A stretch of 63,987 nucleotides of DNA, filler included, from Caldilineae bacterium (lineage in GTDB: Bacteria > Chloroflexota > Anaerolineae > DTLA01): the NCBI GenBank assembly GCA_037446815.1. It is 4 parts of 4 records of this genome, joined end to end, with 100 filler letters (N's around TTAATTAATTAA, not from the genome) between each part and the next. Parts side by side here need not be neighbours in the genome. Positions count along the whole stretch, not along the records: positions 38,700 to 57,482 come from JBBIHX010000047.1; 3 more parts are not named here. The stretch is one strand, 5' to 3'. A program made the translations under genes and the position numbers. Position 1 is the stretch's first letter; every line of letters starts with the position of its first letter. The notes under the pieces are model-generated. The model did no database searches, was not told the origin of the DNA, and saw only the letters and a program-made list of their open reading frames with translations. Positions 40,708-51,232 of the stretch are shown here, piece by piece.

Positions 40708-40971
40708 ATGAGCGCTATAGCCAAACTCTTCAGACGAAAGCAGCCCACCAGTAGCCAGGTCGCGAAAGAACGCCTGCAATTGGTGCTGATTCACGACCGC
40801 GTGAAGTTGTCGCCGGATATGTTGGAGCGCATCAAAGACGACCTGGTCGCCAGCATCTCCAAATATCTTGATATTGACCGCGAAGGGTTGCAGATTACCC
40901 TGACGCAGAACAAGCGGCTTATTGTGGACATGCCTCTGCGGGAAAGGAGCGCGCGCAGGCGGAGTGGGTAG
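40708..40971 (+). CDS. minE: cell division topological specificity factor MinE
   Basis: SSQVAKERLQLVLIHDR; ISKY. Confidence 0.93.
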   Translation: MSAIAKLFRRKQPTSSQVAKERLQLVLIHDRVKLSPDMLERIKDDLVASISKYLDIDREGLQITLTQNKRLIVDMPLRERSARRRSG

Positions 40972-42061
40972 GCTCAGGTGGCGCTACTTTGACTTCTGGC
41001 TTACGGCGGCCCTCATTCTGCTCCTGATGATTGGGCTGGCCATGGTGTACAGCGCAACCCGCAACACCGAAGGCCTGGAGGACAGCACACGTCGCCAGGC
41101 CATCGTTGTTGCCATCGGGTTGATGCTGATGGTGGCCCTTGCGACGGTGGACTATAGCCTGCTGGAACCCATCGCGGGCGCCATCTACGGCCTGGTCATC
41201 GTGGCGCTGGTGGCGGTGCTCATCATCGGCCGCGTTACGCACGGGGCGCAGCGCTGGATAGATTTGGGCTTCATGCTCTTTCAGCCGTCGGAGTTCGCGA
41301 AACTGGCGGTGGTGATCTTCCTCGCGCGCTACTTTGCGGACCACGCCGACGACGTGAAATCGGGACGGGTGTTCCTCATCTCGCTGGGGGCGGCACTGCT
41401 CCCCATGCTCCTCATCTACTTCCAGCCCGATTTGAGCACGGCCCTACTCCTTGGGGCAATCTGGCTGGGGATGGCCGCCGTTGCGGGCGTGAATATGGCC
41501 TACGTGGGCGCGCTGGCCGGGCTGGGGGTGGTGGCGGCCCCGGCCATCTGGTACTCGCTGCACGACTATCAGCGCCTTCGCGTGTTGGCGTTCCTCAACC
41601 CTGCTGCCGATCCGCAGGGCACGGGCTACAACGTGGGGCAGGCGATGATCGCCATCGGGTCGGGCGGTTGGCTGGGCAAGGGGTTCGCGAGCGGGACGCA
41701 GAGCCAGTTGCACTTCCTGCGCGTGCGGCATACGGACTTCATCTTCTCCGTCCTGGCCGAGGAGTTGGGCTTCGTGGGCGCGCTGGTGCTCTTCGCCCTG
41801 TTCGGGCTGCTGCTGTGGCGGCTGGTGCGGGTGGCGGGGGTGGCGCGGGACCGATTCGGCGAATTGCTGGCCGTGGGGATGGCCGTGTACATCTTCGTGC
41901 AGGCTTCGGTGAATATCGCCATGAACATGGCGCTGATTCCGGCGACGGGCATCCCGCTGCCCTTCGTCAGTTTCGGCAACAACGCTCTGCTGTCGCTGCT
42001 GCTCGGCATGGGGCTGGTGCAGAGCGTGGCGCTGCGGCACAAGAAACTGGACTTCGCCTAG
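40964..42061 (+). CDS. rodA: rod shape-determining protein RodA (SEDS family)
   Basis: GAQRWI, QPSEFAK, QPDL, IAIGSGG, HTDFIFS..EELG and TGIPLPFVSFG motifs; start approximate. Confidence 0.9.
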   Translation: MGRLRWRYFDFWLTAALILLLMIGLAMVYSATRNTEGLEDSTRRQAIVVAIGLMLMVALATVDYSLLEPIAGAIYGLVIVALVAVLIIGRVTHGAQRWIDLGFMLFQPSEFAKLAVVIFLARYFADHADDVKSGRVFLISLGAALLPMLLIYFQPDLSTALLLGAIWLGMAAVAGVNMAYVGALAGLGVVAAPAIWYSLHDYQRLRVLAFLNPAADPQGTGYNVGQAMIAIGSGGWLGKGFASGTQSQLHFLRVRHTDFIFSVLAEELGFVGALVLFALFGLLLWRLVRVAGVARDRFGELLAVGMAVYIFVQASVNIAMNMALIPATGIPLPFVSFGNNALLSLLLGMGLVQSVALRHKKLDFA

Positions 42062-42299
42062 CCGGGATGGCGGCCTACCACCAGGCGTAGCGCCTGCAGT
42101 GAGCATCGCGCCAGCCGATGCCTCGCCCCGCGCCTGCCGTAGCGCCGGAATTGCCGCCGTTGTGCGCGCTTGGCGTTGCGGTTGGGATGTGTTCATTCAT
42201 CCTGTTCTCTCCTCGGTGTTCCCATCTTTGCGTCTGCAGCATAGCGCCCCGGCGTTACCGCCGTTTTGCGGGTGTGCAAAAGAAGTGTAAAACTTGAGT

Positions 42300-42442
42300 C
42301 GGTTTCATCTTGTGTTGGTGAACCGCAGGCGCACTCTGCCCGTGTGTCGTTGCGAGCGAAGCGAAGCAACCTCACGCATCAGAGATTGCTTCGGGCGCTC
42401 CGCGCCCTCGCAATGACAAAATGCCAACAGACTTTGAAACCG
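42300..42442 (+). mobile_element. 143-bp MITE with 19-bp imperfect TIRs and AGT direct repeat
   Basis: GAGT-[CGGTTTCATCTTGTGTTGG...CCAACAGACTTTGAAACCG]-AGTC, with an internal TTGCGAG REP hairpin. Confidence 0.8.
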
Positions 42443-42538
42443 AGTCTAAAACTTTGGCGGCCCTCGCGGCTGTGTTATAATCGCCCAGGCGAGCATGGCA
42501 TGTGAATACGGGAGTTGACTCTATTGGAAGTGGCGGCA

Positions 42539-44395
42539 ATGGATTTGGAGCGCATTCTGCGCGAAGTGGACAAGCCGGGGCGATACACCGGCGGCGAGTG
42601 GAATAGCATCGCGAAGGACTGGGACTCCACGCCGGTCAAGGTGGTGTTGGCCTATCCCGACACCTACGAAATCGGCATGTCCAACCTGGGGCTGATGATC
42701 CTGTACGACATCCTGAATCGCCAGGACGACATCCTGTGCGAGAGGGCGTACGCGCCGTGGCTGGACATGGAGGAGCGCCTGCGCAAGGCCCGGGTGCCGT
42801 TGTACTCGCTGGAAACGGGCCACCCGCTCGCCGATTTTGACATCATCGGCATCAGCCTGCCCTACGAACTGAACTACACCAACGTGCTGACCATCCTGTC
42901 GCTGGGCGGCCTCGCGCCGCTGGCAACGGAGCGTCGCCCCGAAGACCCGCTGGTGATCGCCGGCGGGAGCGGGGCCTACAACCCCGAGCCGATGGCCGCC
43001 TTCTTTGACCTGTTCGTCGTCGGCGAGGGGGAGGAGGTGCTCCTGGAACTGGTGCGCCTCTATGCCGAGTGGAAGCGGAGCGGTCAGCCCGCCAAGCCGC
43101 CGCAGGCGGGGCAGCACCCGAAGGTGGACTTTCTGCGCCAGGCCGCGCGCATCGGGGGCGTCTACGTGCCCGCGTTCTACTCCGCGGAGTACGATTCGGA
43201 TGGGCGGCTGGTGCGGACCGCGCCGATTGTGCCCGAAGCGCCCTCGCGGGTGGTGAAGCGGGTGGTGCCCACGCTTCCCCCGCCGCCCACGCGGCTCATT
43301 GTGCCCTACGTCCAGGCGGTGCACGACCGCGCCATGCTGGAGATCCAGCGGGGCTGCACCCAGGGCTGCCGATTCTGCCAGGCGAGCACCATCTATCGGC
43401 CGGTGCGCGAGCGGACGCCGGAGGAGATTGTCCGCGCCGCCGAAGAGGTGCTGCAAGCGACCGGGCACGAGGAGATTTCGCTGGTGTCGCTGAGTTCCAG
43501 CGATCACAGCCGCATTGAGGACGTCGTTCGTGCCCTGGCCGAGCGCTGCGGGCCGCTGGGTGTGTCCATCTCCCTTCCCAGCCTGCGCGCAGATGCGTTT
43601 TCGGTGCGCCTGGCCGAGATGGTGCAGACCACGCGGAAGACGGGCCTGACCTTCGCGCCCGAGGCGGGCAGTCAGCGCCTGCGCGACGCGATCAACAAGA
43701 AGGTGTCCGAAGAAGACCTGCTGCGCACCGCCGAGGCGGCCTTCGGTACAGGGTGGAACCGCATCAAGTTGTACTTCATGGTGGGCCAGCCCACCGAGAC
43801 CGATGAGGATGTGGAAGCCATCGTAGACCTCGTCAAGAAGGTGGTGGCCGTTGGGCGGCGGCATCGCGGCAGTCGCGCGGAGGTTTCGGTCAGCGTGGCG
43901 ACGTTCGTGCCGAAGCCGCATACGCCGTTCCAATGGGAGGCGCTGGTGGACGACGAGACGCTGCGCCGCCGCCTGGACATTTTGCAGCGCGGGCTGCGGG
44001 TCAAAGGGGTGCGGTTCTCGTGGCACGACCCGGGGACGACGCTGCTGGAGGCGGCGCTTTCACGCGGGGACCGGCGGGTGAGCGGCGTCATCTACCGAGC
44101 GTGGCAACTGGGCGCGCGGTTTGACGCCTGGGGCGATGCGTATCGGGCCGAGGCGTGGGAGCAGGCCTGGCGCGAGTGCGGGCTTTCGCCGGAATTCTAC
44201 GGGCGGAGGCCGCGCAATAGGGACGAGACCCTGCCCTGGGATCACATTGACATCGGCGTGCGCAAGGCATTCCTGTGGCGCGAGGCGGAGCGGTGCCGCG
44301 CCGCGCTCCCCACGCCCGACTGTCGCGAGGGGTGCGTGGGGTGCGGGGTGAACGCCGCGCTGCCGCTGGCGGGAGGTTCGGCGCTATGTCCCTAG
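42539..44395 (+). CDS. B12-binding-like radical SAM protein (TIGR03960-type)
   Basis: KPGRYTGGE, YPDTYEIGMSNLG, RGCTQGCRFC (CxxxCxxC), TFAPEAGSQRLR and FVPKPHTPFQW motifs. Confidence 0.9.
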   Translation: MDLERILREVDKPGRYTGGEWNSIAKDWDSTPVKVVLAYPDTYEIGMSNLGLMILYDILNRQDDILCERAYAPWLDMEERLRKARVPLYSLETGHPLADFDIIGISLPYELNYTNVLTILSLGGLAPLATERRPEDPLVIAGGSGAYNPEPMAAFFDLFVVGEGEEVLLELVRLYAEWKRSGQPAKPPQAGQHPKVDFLRQAARIGGVYVPAFYSAEYDSDGRLVRTAPIVPEAPSRVVKRVVPTLPPPPTRLIVPYVQAVHDRAMLEIQRGCTQGCRFCQASTIYRPVRERTPEEIVRAAEEVLQATGHEEISLVSLSSSDHSRIEDVVRALAERCGPLGVSISLPSLRADAFSVRLAEMVQTTRKTGLTFAPEAGSQRLRDAINKKVSEEDLLRTAEAAFGTGWNRIKLYFMVGQPTETDEDVEAIVDLVKKVVAVGRRHRGSRAEVSVSVATFVPKPHTPFQWEALVDDETLRRRLDILQRGLRVKGVRFSWHDPGTTLLEAALSRGDRRVSGVIYRAWQLGARFDAWGDAYRAEAWEQAWRECGLSPEFYGRRPRNRDETLPWDHIDIGVRKAFLWREAERCRAALPTPDCREGCVGCGVNAALPLAGGSALCP

Positions 44396-45048
44396 ATGCT
44401 CCCGCGGTGCAACGTCTGCGCCTGGACTACGCCAAGGGCGAGCCGCTGCGGTTTGTGTCGCACCTGGACATGCTGCGGCTTTGGGAGCGGGCATGCCGTC
44501 GCGCGCGCCTGCCCATTGCCCATACGCAGGGGTTCAACCCGCGACCGCGCATCGCGCTGGCGTGCCCGTTGCCGACGGGCGTTACCAGCCGCGCCGAGAA
44601 GGTGGACCTGTTCCTGACGGAGCGGGTGGACCCGCGCGAGGTGCTCCGGCGGCTGAATGCGGTGCTACCCGCTGGAGTGGAGGTCCGCGCCGCGGAGGAG
44701 GTCGCTCTGACAGAGCCGGCGCTGATGTCGCTCCAGGCGACGGTGGAGTACCAAGCGGTGGTGGAGTGGGAGGGTTCGGCGGCAAGCCTGGAGGCGCGCG
44801 TGCGGGACTGGCTCGCCCGCGAATCGGTGCCGCGGCAGCGCGAGAGGAAGGGCCGTGCGGACGAGTACGACCTACGCCCGCTGGTAGAGCGCCTATGGGT
44901 TGTGGGCCAGTCCGAGGGGCGGTACATCATCGGCATGCGGGTGAAGTCGGGGCCGCAGGGCACGGGCCGGCCCGATGAGGTGCTGAAGTCGCTAGGGCTG
45001 TGGGAAGCGGCGCGGGGGCTGGAGCGGACGGCGGTCGCGTTTGCGTAG
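44386..45048 (+). CDS. radical SAM-linked protein (TIGR03936/DUF2344-type)
   Basis: YAKG..RFVSHLD..R..ERA.RRA.LP...QGFNPRPR; overlaps the upstream stop. Confidence 0.88.
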   Translation: MSLDAPAVQRLRLDYAKGEPLRFVSHLDMLRLWERACRRARLPIAHTQGFNPRPRIALACPLPTGVTSRAEKVDLFLTERVDPREVLRRLNAVLPAGVEVRAAEEVALTEPALMSLQATVEYQAVVEWEGSAASLEARVRDWLARESVPRQRERKGRADEYDLRPLVERLWVVGQSEGRYIIGMRVKSGPQGTGRPDEVLKSLGLWEAARGLERTAVAFA

Positions 45049-45187
45049 AGTGCGCCCTTCTCCCACACGATCCCCTGGCCTGGCGGCGGAGGCGGAGCCA
45101 CGGCGCTGGCGCGCCTTGAGGGGAGACGGCGCGCCGCGCAAGGCCGTTACGATGCACAATCACTCTCACAGGTTGCGCCGCTCAGGG

Positions 45188-45928
45188 CTAGTCCTTCGGC
45201 AGCGGTGCCCGTACTTCAAACTTCAGGGTTTCGTCCTCGGGGCCGGTGTAGCCGCATTGTCCCACGCGCGGCGAGTTGACGATGGGCAGGAAATCTTCCA
45301 CAGCGTACTCCTCGTGGGCCTCGGCGTGGGTCTCACAATAGGCTTCTACAGGCCAATCCAACGTGTTGAGGTACACAGCCGGCTCCCCGCATACCGAGCA
45401 AGGGATCAACGGAGCATAGTTGCGCGCGAGAACTCGGACGTCATCCTCTGGCGGCAATCCCTGCCGTTCGCCCATGACTTGCAGGAGCAGCGTTGTGGTC
45501 GTGCCGTAATCGTACTCATGGAAGAAGAGGAGGCCTGGGGAAAGGACCGTCCCCAGTCTGCGACCCATGCTCTTCGGACGCTGCATCGGCCCGAAAAGAT
45601 CCTTCCACATGGCATCCACCATGCCCGTGTCCATCTCATAGGTCTGGCCATTGATATTGAAGGCGCTCAAGTGGTCGCAGCACTCCAGCCAAATCTCGCG
45701 CAGGAAGTCGTCCAGATCACCGAGGGTGGCATTGGCGGGGATTTCCAGATGCAGCCAGTACTCGGGGTTATACGCGCCCTCCACTCGCAGGTGGAACAGA
45801 CGGACGGGCTTGCCGGTTCCCGCAGGCGGATGGGCGGAAAGGCAGGCCTTGAGATGGCGGGTCATGCCCCTCTTGGAGAACGTTTGGCCACACAGGAAGC
45901 ACTGACCATAATAAGCATGTGTACCCAT
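45188..45928 (-). CDS. pRiA4b ORF3-like protein with zinc-binding motifs
   Basis: CFLCG...HLKAC; LDDFLREIWLECCDHLSAF; HEYDYGTTT; VNSPRVGQCGY. Confidence 0.7.
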   Translation of the reverse strand: MGTHAYYGQCFLCGQTFSKRGMTRHLKACLSAHPPAGTGKPVRLFHLRVEGAYNPEYWLHLEIPANATLGDLDDFLREIWLECCDHLSAFNINGQTYEMDTGMVDAMWKDLFGPMQRPKSMGRRLGTVLSPGLLFFHEYDYGTTTTLLLQVMGERQGLPPEDDVRVLARNYAPLIPCSVCGEPAVYLNTLDWPVEAYCETHAEAHEEYAVEDFLPIVNSPRVGQCGYTGPEDETLKFEVRAPLPKD

Positions 45929-46023
45929 AGTTTACCCCTCCTCGTTGCGGCGCCGCATGGGGCGTTTGTGCATAATCATAGCACCAATGGCGAAAACGCG
46001 CCAGCCTAGGGGCCCCGTAGATT

Positions 46024-46165
46024 CGGTTCCAAAGCCTGTTGGTGTTTGTCATTGCGAGGGCGCGCAGCGCCCGAAGCAATCGCCGGGGCGTGAGGTTGCT
46101 TCGCTTCGCTCGCAACGACAGACGAGGAGAGTGTCCATGCGTTTCACCAACACAAGATGGAACCG
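46024..46165 (-). mobile_element. 142-bp MITE copy (inverted orientation)
   Basis: GATT-[CGGTTCCAAAGCCTGTTGG...CCAACACAAGATGGAACCG]-AGTC. Confidence 0.8.
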
Positions 46166-46243
46166 AGTCGCCCCGTACATGCGCAGCGGATACTCCTCCG
46201 CCCTGGGTTGATTCGCTCCGCTCGCAGGGACATATCGCAGGAT

Positions 46244-46278
46244 AACGTGCGACGCACCTCCGAGGTGCGTCGCACGTT
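46244..46278. repeat. perfect GTGCGACGCAC palindrome
   Basis: AACGTGCGACGCACCTC-C-GAGGTGCGTCGCACGTT; related copies near 38158, 38417 and 49417. Confidence 0.8.
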
Positions 46279-46458
46279 CCCGATTCGCGTAGATTCGCGT
46301 GATTCGCGGTTATGATCAACGCCGCGCGGGGGTAAGCCTCCGCGCTACGGGCGCAATGGCGGATGAGGGCAGGCGGCGCGGCTTGCCAAGGGCGAGGTGT
46401 TGCGGTACCATAGGGCGCGGGCTACCCGACGGCCCAACCTGGCAACACGGAGGCAACG

Positions 46459-47172
46459 ATGGAGACGCAACTGCTGTTCCAAACGGATTCGTACCTGAGA
46501 GCCTTTGAGGCGCACGTCATCGCCGTCAACGGCGCGGAGGTGGCGCTGGACGCGACGGCTTTCTACGCGGGAGGCGGCGGGCAACCCTGCGACATCGGCG
46601 CGCTGTCGGACGGGGCGGGGGCGTGGCCGGTGGTCAAGGTGCGGCGGGAAGGGCCGCTGGTGTGGCACGAGGTGCAGGGGGAGCCGCCGGCCGTGGGGGC
46701 GCACGTGCGCGGCGAGATTGATTGGCCGCGGCGCTATGCTCTCATGCGCACCCACACCGCGCTGCACATCCTCTGCGGGGTGGTGTGGCGCGACTACGGG
46801 GCCAAGGTTACCGGCGGGAACATGGAACCGCTCAAGGGGCGCATGGACTTTGAGTTTGAGACGATGCGCGCGGAACTGGTGCGCGAGATTGAGGAGCGCG
46901 TGAACATAGAGGTGCAGGCGGCCCGTGCGGTGCGCGTCCACTTCCTGCCACGCGAGGAGGCCGACCGCCATCCCGACCTCATCCGCACGAAGGTGAACCT
47001 GCTGCCGCCGGACATCACCGTTGTGCGCGTGGTGGAGATTGAGGGGCTGGATATGCAGGCGGATGGCGGAACCCACCTAGCGAATACGCGCGAGGTGGGG
47101 CGCATCCGTGTCGTGGACTACCACAGCAAGGGGCGCATCAACAAGCGCATCATGATAGAGGTGGAGGACTGA
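46459..47172 (+). CDS. alaX: alanyl-tRNA editing protein AlaX
   Basis: FYAGGGGQPCD, MRTHTALH and QADGGTH motifs. Confidence 0.92.
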   Translation: METQLLFQTDSYLRAFEAHVIAVNGAEVALDATAFYAGGGGQPCDIGALSDGAGAWPVVKVRREGPLVWHEVQGEPPAVGAHVRGEIDWPRRYALMRTHTALHILCGVVWRDYGAKVTGGNMEPLKGRMDFEFETMRAELVREIEERVNIEVQAARAVRVHFLPREEADRHPDLIRTKVNLLPPDITVVRVVEIEGLDMQADGGTHLANTREVGRIRVVDYHSKGRINKRIMIEVED

Positions 47173-47239
47173 CCGTTCCGCGGGGGCGGGCCAAATGCCT
47201 TCCAACAACCTGTGAAACGGAATTGCGATGGTGCAGGAT

Positions 47240-47268
47240 TTGACAAAACGCACGTTCGGTGCTAGAAA
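47240..47268 (+). promoter_or_regulatory. promoter of the cold-shock gene (~130-nt 5'UTR)
   Basis: TTGACA-17 bp-TAGAAA with extended TG. Confidence 0.5.
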
Positions 47269-47403
47269 AGAGGCGTAGGTTGAGTAGGTGTAAGAACGAC
47301 TTGCAAGGCAACGGCCGAGGAGCGTTCCACTGCTCCCCGGCCGTGTTCATTGCGGCGCTTCTGATCCACACTCTCCTATAAATCACCACAAGGAGTGCTA
47401 CAA

Positions 47404-47613
47404 ATGAGCGAGCGAGAGAGGGGAACTGTCAAATGGTTCAACGCCACCAAGGGCTACGGGTTCATCACCCGTGAGAAGGGTGGGGACGTCTTCGTCCACT
47501 ACTCGGCCATCCAGACGGAGGGCTTCCGCACCTTGGAGGAGAACCAGCAGGTGGAGTTCACCGTGGAGCAGGGAGCCAAAGGCCCCCAGGCGACCAACGT
47601 CGTTCCTCTGTAG
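47404..47613 (+). CDS. cold-shock protein
   Basis: GTVKWFN, KGYGFI and DVFVHYSAI motifs; AAGGAG RBS. Confidence 0.96.
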   Translation: MSERERGTVKWFNATKGYGFITREKGGDVFVHYSAIQTEGFRTLEENQQVEFTVEQGAKGPQATNVVPL

Positions 47614-47635
47614 GAAGCGCCGTAACACCTGCACA

Positions 47636-47673
47636 CGAAACCGCGCCCGAGCCACCGGGCGCGGTTTTCGTTT
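47636..47673 (+). terminator. Rho-independent terminator
   Basis: AAACCGCGCCCG-AGCCAC-CGGGCGCGGTTT followed by TCGTTT. Confidence 0.8.
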
Positions 47674-47678
47674 GCCCG

Positions 47679-49361
47679 CTAGCGAAACCGCTGCCGAGGA
47701 GCGGCATACCATAGACCGTAGTACGCCGTCCAATTCTTGGCGATTGCGGGGAGCCACAGCCGCACCGTTGGCCGAGGGGGTGTCCCCGTGGGCGTGGGCG
47801 TTGGGGTCGGCGACTGGGTTGGCGAGGGCGATGCCGTCGCCGTGGGGGACGGCGTCGGCGTCGGTGTGTCCGTCGGGACAGAGGTTGTGGATGGCGTTGG
47901 CGTTGGCGTGGGCGTAGGCTCCGGCGTCGGGGTGAACGTGGCCGTCGCGGTGGGCGTCGGCGAGTCCGTCGGCGTGGGGGTGAATGTCGGCGTCGCATCC
48001 GAGACGCCGTACACCAATTCCAGCCGCGGCGCTCTTGCCGCATCCTCCCTGGCCGCGAAGCGGTATTCGGTGCTGCTACTGCTGTCAAAGATGAGCAACA
48101 GCCCGTTGTTCTCCGCACCACCTGCCCAGGTCTGGACGGCGCCTTTGACATCTATGACTACCCACGTGTTGATGGCGTTGAGCGGTGCGGACCAATCCAC
48201 CGTCGTGTCCACATCGGATGGGCCTGTGGCGCCGGGGCTTTGCCATGGCACCTGCCAGGTAACCGTCTTCTCATCCCACGCCTGCGTCAGGCGGTACGCT
48301 CTGAGCGTTCCGGTGCCCGCGTTGGATCGGTAGTTGAAGTAGAGCCTGAGGCGGGCCGAATAGATGGGCTGCCCCTTCGCCTCTGGCGGCAACTCCACGC
48401 GCACTAGGCCTTTCCTCGCGCCGCCGTTGCGCAGGGCGATGATGCCGTCGGAGCCGTGGTTTGCGGTCGTGCTCCAGGCGTCAATCCACGAGTCGGCGAT
48501 GACCGGGACCGTGGTGCTCACCGTGCGGGGTGTGTGGGTGGGCGTGGGCGTGCGGGTGGGCGTATCCGTCGGCGTGAACGTGGGTGTGGCCGTTGGCGTA
48601 GAGGTGCGCGTGGGCGTGGCCGTGTAGGTGGGCGTCGGGGTTCGTGTCGGGGTGTGGGTGGGGGTGCGCGTCCGCGTGTGGGTGGGCGTGGGCGTGGCGG
48701 TGGGCGTGTTGGTGGGCGTTGGCGTGCTGGTGGCGATGGTGTAGGCGACACGCAGGCGGGGCGCGGGGCGGGTCACGGCGTCCCTGCTGAAGAAGACGCG
48801 CTGGCCCTGTCGCCACTCGGCTTCGGCGCGCAGCACGAGGCCGTAGTTCGGTATGCGTTCGCGCGCCCACTCGTACACAATGGGGAGTGCGTCCAGCGCC
48901 CACGACTCGCCGGAGATCGGCACGGTAGCCGTGATGACCGGCGCGGACAGGGCAGGCTGGTTGTCCCATGTAACGCCCGACTCGTCCCACGGCGCAGCAA
49001 GCGGCTGCACGGCGATAACCCAGGGGGCGCCCTCCCCCCACCACAGGGCCAACTCCAGCGTGGCGGTGATGGGCAGGGCGTCGTGTGGGAGGGCGGAGAG
49101 GTCAAAATAGATGAGCGATCGCCGCGTGCCGAATTGCCCATCGCGCCCGGCCGGCAGGATGATGGACTGCCCGAAGTTCTCGTAGGCGTAGGCGGAAGCA
49201 ACCCAGGCGTCGGCGGAGGGCTCCAGTTCCAGCGTGGCCTGGGCGACCACGGGCGGCGATGCCGGGGCTGGCGTGGCGCGGGCCGCAACGCCGAACAGGG
49301 CCGACACGAGGGTCAAGCCGATGGCAGTGGCGATGAGGTGGCAGGTCCGAATTGTGCGCAT
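47679..49361 (-). CDS. secreted protein with two DNRLRE/CBM96-like domains and Pro/Thr linkers
   Basis: signal peptide; ADAWV...[14 protein letters not shown]...NYGLVL...PRL.V twice; PT repeats; LWLPAIAK near the C-terminus; TATAAT 5 nt before ATG (leaderless candidate). Confidence 0.8.
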   Translation of the reverse strand: MRTIRTCHLIATAIGLTLVSALFGVAARATPAPASPPVVAQATLELEPSADAWVASAYAYENFGQSIILPAGRDGQFGTRRSLIYFDLSALPHDALPITATLELALWWGEGAPWVIAVQPLAAPWDESGVTWDNQPALSAPVITATVPISGESWALDALPIVYEWARERIPNYGLVLRAEAEWRQGQRVFFSRDAVTRPAPRLRVAYTIATSTPTPTNTPTATPTPTHTRTRTPTHTPTRTPTPTYTATPTRTSTPTATPTFTPTDTPTRTPTPTHTPRTVSTTVPVIADSWIDAWSTTANHGSDGIIALRNGGARKGLVRVELPPEAKGQPIYSARLRLYFNYRSNAGTGTLRAYRLTQAWDEKTVTWQVPWQSPGATGPSDVDTTVDWSAPLNAINTWVVIDVKGAVQTWAGGAENNGLLLIFDSSSSTEYRFAAREDAARAPRLELVYGVSDATPTFTPTPTDSPTPTATATFTPTPEPTPTPTPTPSTTSVPTDTPTPTPSPTATASPSPTQSPTPTPTPTGTPPRPTVRLWLPAIAKNWTAYYGLWYAAPRQRFR

Positions 49362-49661
49362 GGCCGATTATAACACACAAACAGGGGGAAGTGTAATCTC
49401 GCGGGGAGGTTCTCAAGGTGCGACGCACTTCGGAAGTGCGTCGCACCTGGGTGTGCTCCCGCGTTGGGGTTGGCGCGAGTGAGAGGCGAGATGCTTCGCC
49501 TTCGGCTCAGCATGACAACGGAGTAGAAGGGCCGCGCGCCAGACAGGCCAACACAAGGCGGAACCGAATCCCTTCGGGATCCGGTGTTTGCCTCTGCGGT
49601 GTGGGTGTGTTATAGTGGATTCGCTGCGTGGGAATGCGGTGGGCGGGATTGAGGAGGGTGT

Positions 49662-51107
49662 ATGGCCCAGGGGAACACTTTGTACAGTGCGCTTCTTTTC
49701 ATCGCGGCCCTGGTGTCCGCAGGCATCGTTGCCATTACGTGGGGTCGCAGGGGCGCTCCGGGCGCCTGGCCGGTCATCATCCTCATGTCAGCGACCACCC
49801 TCTGGAGTGGCACATACGCGATCCACTGGTCGGGGTTCTACCGTCCGTCGCCGTTCTTCTGGCTGGACGCCACGTACATCGGCGTGGTTACCGTGCCGGC
49901 GGCGTTCCTGGCCTTCGTCCTTCAGTTCACGGATCGCAGCCACTGGCTGACGCGCCCAGTCCTGGCCCTGCTGGTGGGCGAGGCGGTTCTCACGCTGATT
50001 CTCCTTTGGACCGACCCGTGGCATGGGTTGTTCTTCGGCGGGCGCCGGGCTGCGAGTGCCGGCGCCATTCTGGAAGGCGGGCCGTGGTTCTGGACGAATG
50101 CCGTCTACTCGTATGCGCTCATCCTGTTTGCTATCGTTCTGTTGGCAGCGGACTCGTACCGCAGTCCGGCGCTTTATCGGAAACAGGCGGCCCTTGTGCT
50201 GGCGGGCGTGGTCATCCCTTTCACGGTGAGCGTCGCCAGCGTAATGCTCCCCATTCCGTGGCCAGACCTGGACATCTCGCCGTTCCTATTCACGGTGAGC
50301 GGCCTGTTCTTTGCCTACGCCACCTTCCGGTATCGGTTCCTGGGGATTGTTCCGGCGGCGCGGAGCGTCATCTTGCGCAGCATGAGCGACGGCATTGTGG
50401 TCTGTGACGGCCAAGGTAGGCTGATTGAGGTCAATCCGGCGGCCCGGCGGATGTTGGGTATGGGCAGGCCGCCCATCGGCGCGCGCGTGGAGGAAGCGCT
50501 GGAGCATGTGCCGGAACTGGCGGCCAAGTGCGGGAAGGCCGATGTGGGTCAGGTGGTGATATCCGTGGCGCAGCCGTCGCCGCGTTACCTGGACGTGCGG
50601 ATCATTCCGCTGGCAGACCGCCGGGGGCGCGCGCAGGGCCACCTCGCCATCCTGCGCGACATTACGGAGAGCAGAGAGGCCGAGGAGGAGCGGGAGCGGC
50701 TCATCCAGAGCCTGCAGGATGCCCTGGCGCAGGTGAAGACGCTGCGCGGGTTGCTCCCCATCTGCGCCAACTGCAAGAAGATTCGCGATGACTCGGGCTA
50801 CTGGCGGCAGGTGGAGGACTACATCCACGAGCACTCGGAGGCCGACTTCAGCCACAGTATCTGCCCCGACTGCATGCGCAAACTGTACCCTGAGATGTTC
50901 CCATCCCTGGAGGATTGCGCCGAGAAGATTCGGGCGCTTCTGGCGCAGGCCGGCCCTTCTTCCGCCAGGGGGATGGCTGCCGTGCTAGACCTGCCCTACG
51001 AGTACGTGCAGGACTGCTTGGGGCACATGGTGGAGGCGGGCGAGGTGGCGGTGGCGGGCGAGGCCGAGCGGAGGGTGTACCGACTTGTGGCGAAGGGCGG
51101 CGCCTAG
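49662..51107 (+). CDS. HisKA_7TM + PAS + Cys-rich domain + winged-helix membrane sensor
   Basis: 7 TM segments; MSDGIVV.D..GR....NPAA; LLPICANCKKIRDD.GYW...HSICPDC; wHTH-like tail; no H-box or HATPase. Confidence 0.78.
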   Translation: MAQGNTLYSALLFIAALVSAGIVAITWGRRGAPGAWPVIILMSATTLWSGTYAIHWSGFYRPSPFFWLDATYIGVVTVPAAFLAFVLQFTDRSHWLTRPVLALLVGEAVLTLILLWTDPWHGLFFGGRRAASAGAILEGGPWFWTNAVYSYALILFAIVLLAADSYRSPALYRKQAALVLAGVVIPFTVSVASVMLPIPWPDLDISPFLFTVSGLFFAYATFRYRFLGIVPAARSVILRSMSDGIVVCDGQGRLIEVNPAARRMLGMGRPPIGARVEEALEHVPELAAKCGKADVGQVVISVAQPSPRYLDVRIIPLADRRGRAQGHLAILRDITESREAEEERERLIQSLQDALAQVKTLRGLLPICANCKKIRDDSGYWRQVEDYIHEHSEADFSHSICPDCMRKLYPEMFPSLEDCAEKIRALLAQAGPSSARGMAAVLDLPYEYVQDCLGHMVEAGEVAVAGEAERRVYRLVAKGGA

Positions 51108-51232
51108 AATATCCGCGGGCGTTGAACCGACGCAGCGGCATCCGCAGTATTGTGTATAGGCTAGAGCAGCGTCTTGTCGCAGCGGCGCTGGGCTGTCTTC
51201 GCAAGGGAGAGTTTATCGCAGGAGGTGTGCGC

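Noticed and set aside
47269..47403. Cold-shock 5'UTR as a novel RNA
   Set aside because: Long leaders are normal for csp genes, and I saw no distinctive structure.
47780..48730. GGCGTG/GGCGTC microsatellite-like runs (also 12520-12610, 20230-20306)
   Set aside because: They are explained by Pro/Thr linker and Gly-Pro-X codons.
51123..51154. Second SigW-like promoter before the NatAB-like ABC operon
   Set aside because: TGAACC and a similar downstream block are present, but the spacer is 14 bp rather than 16 and the -10 reads CGCA.
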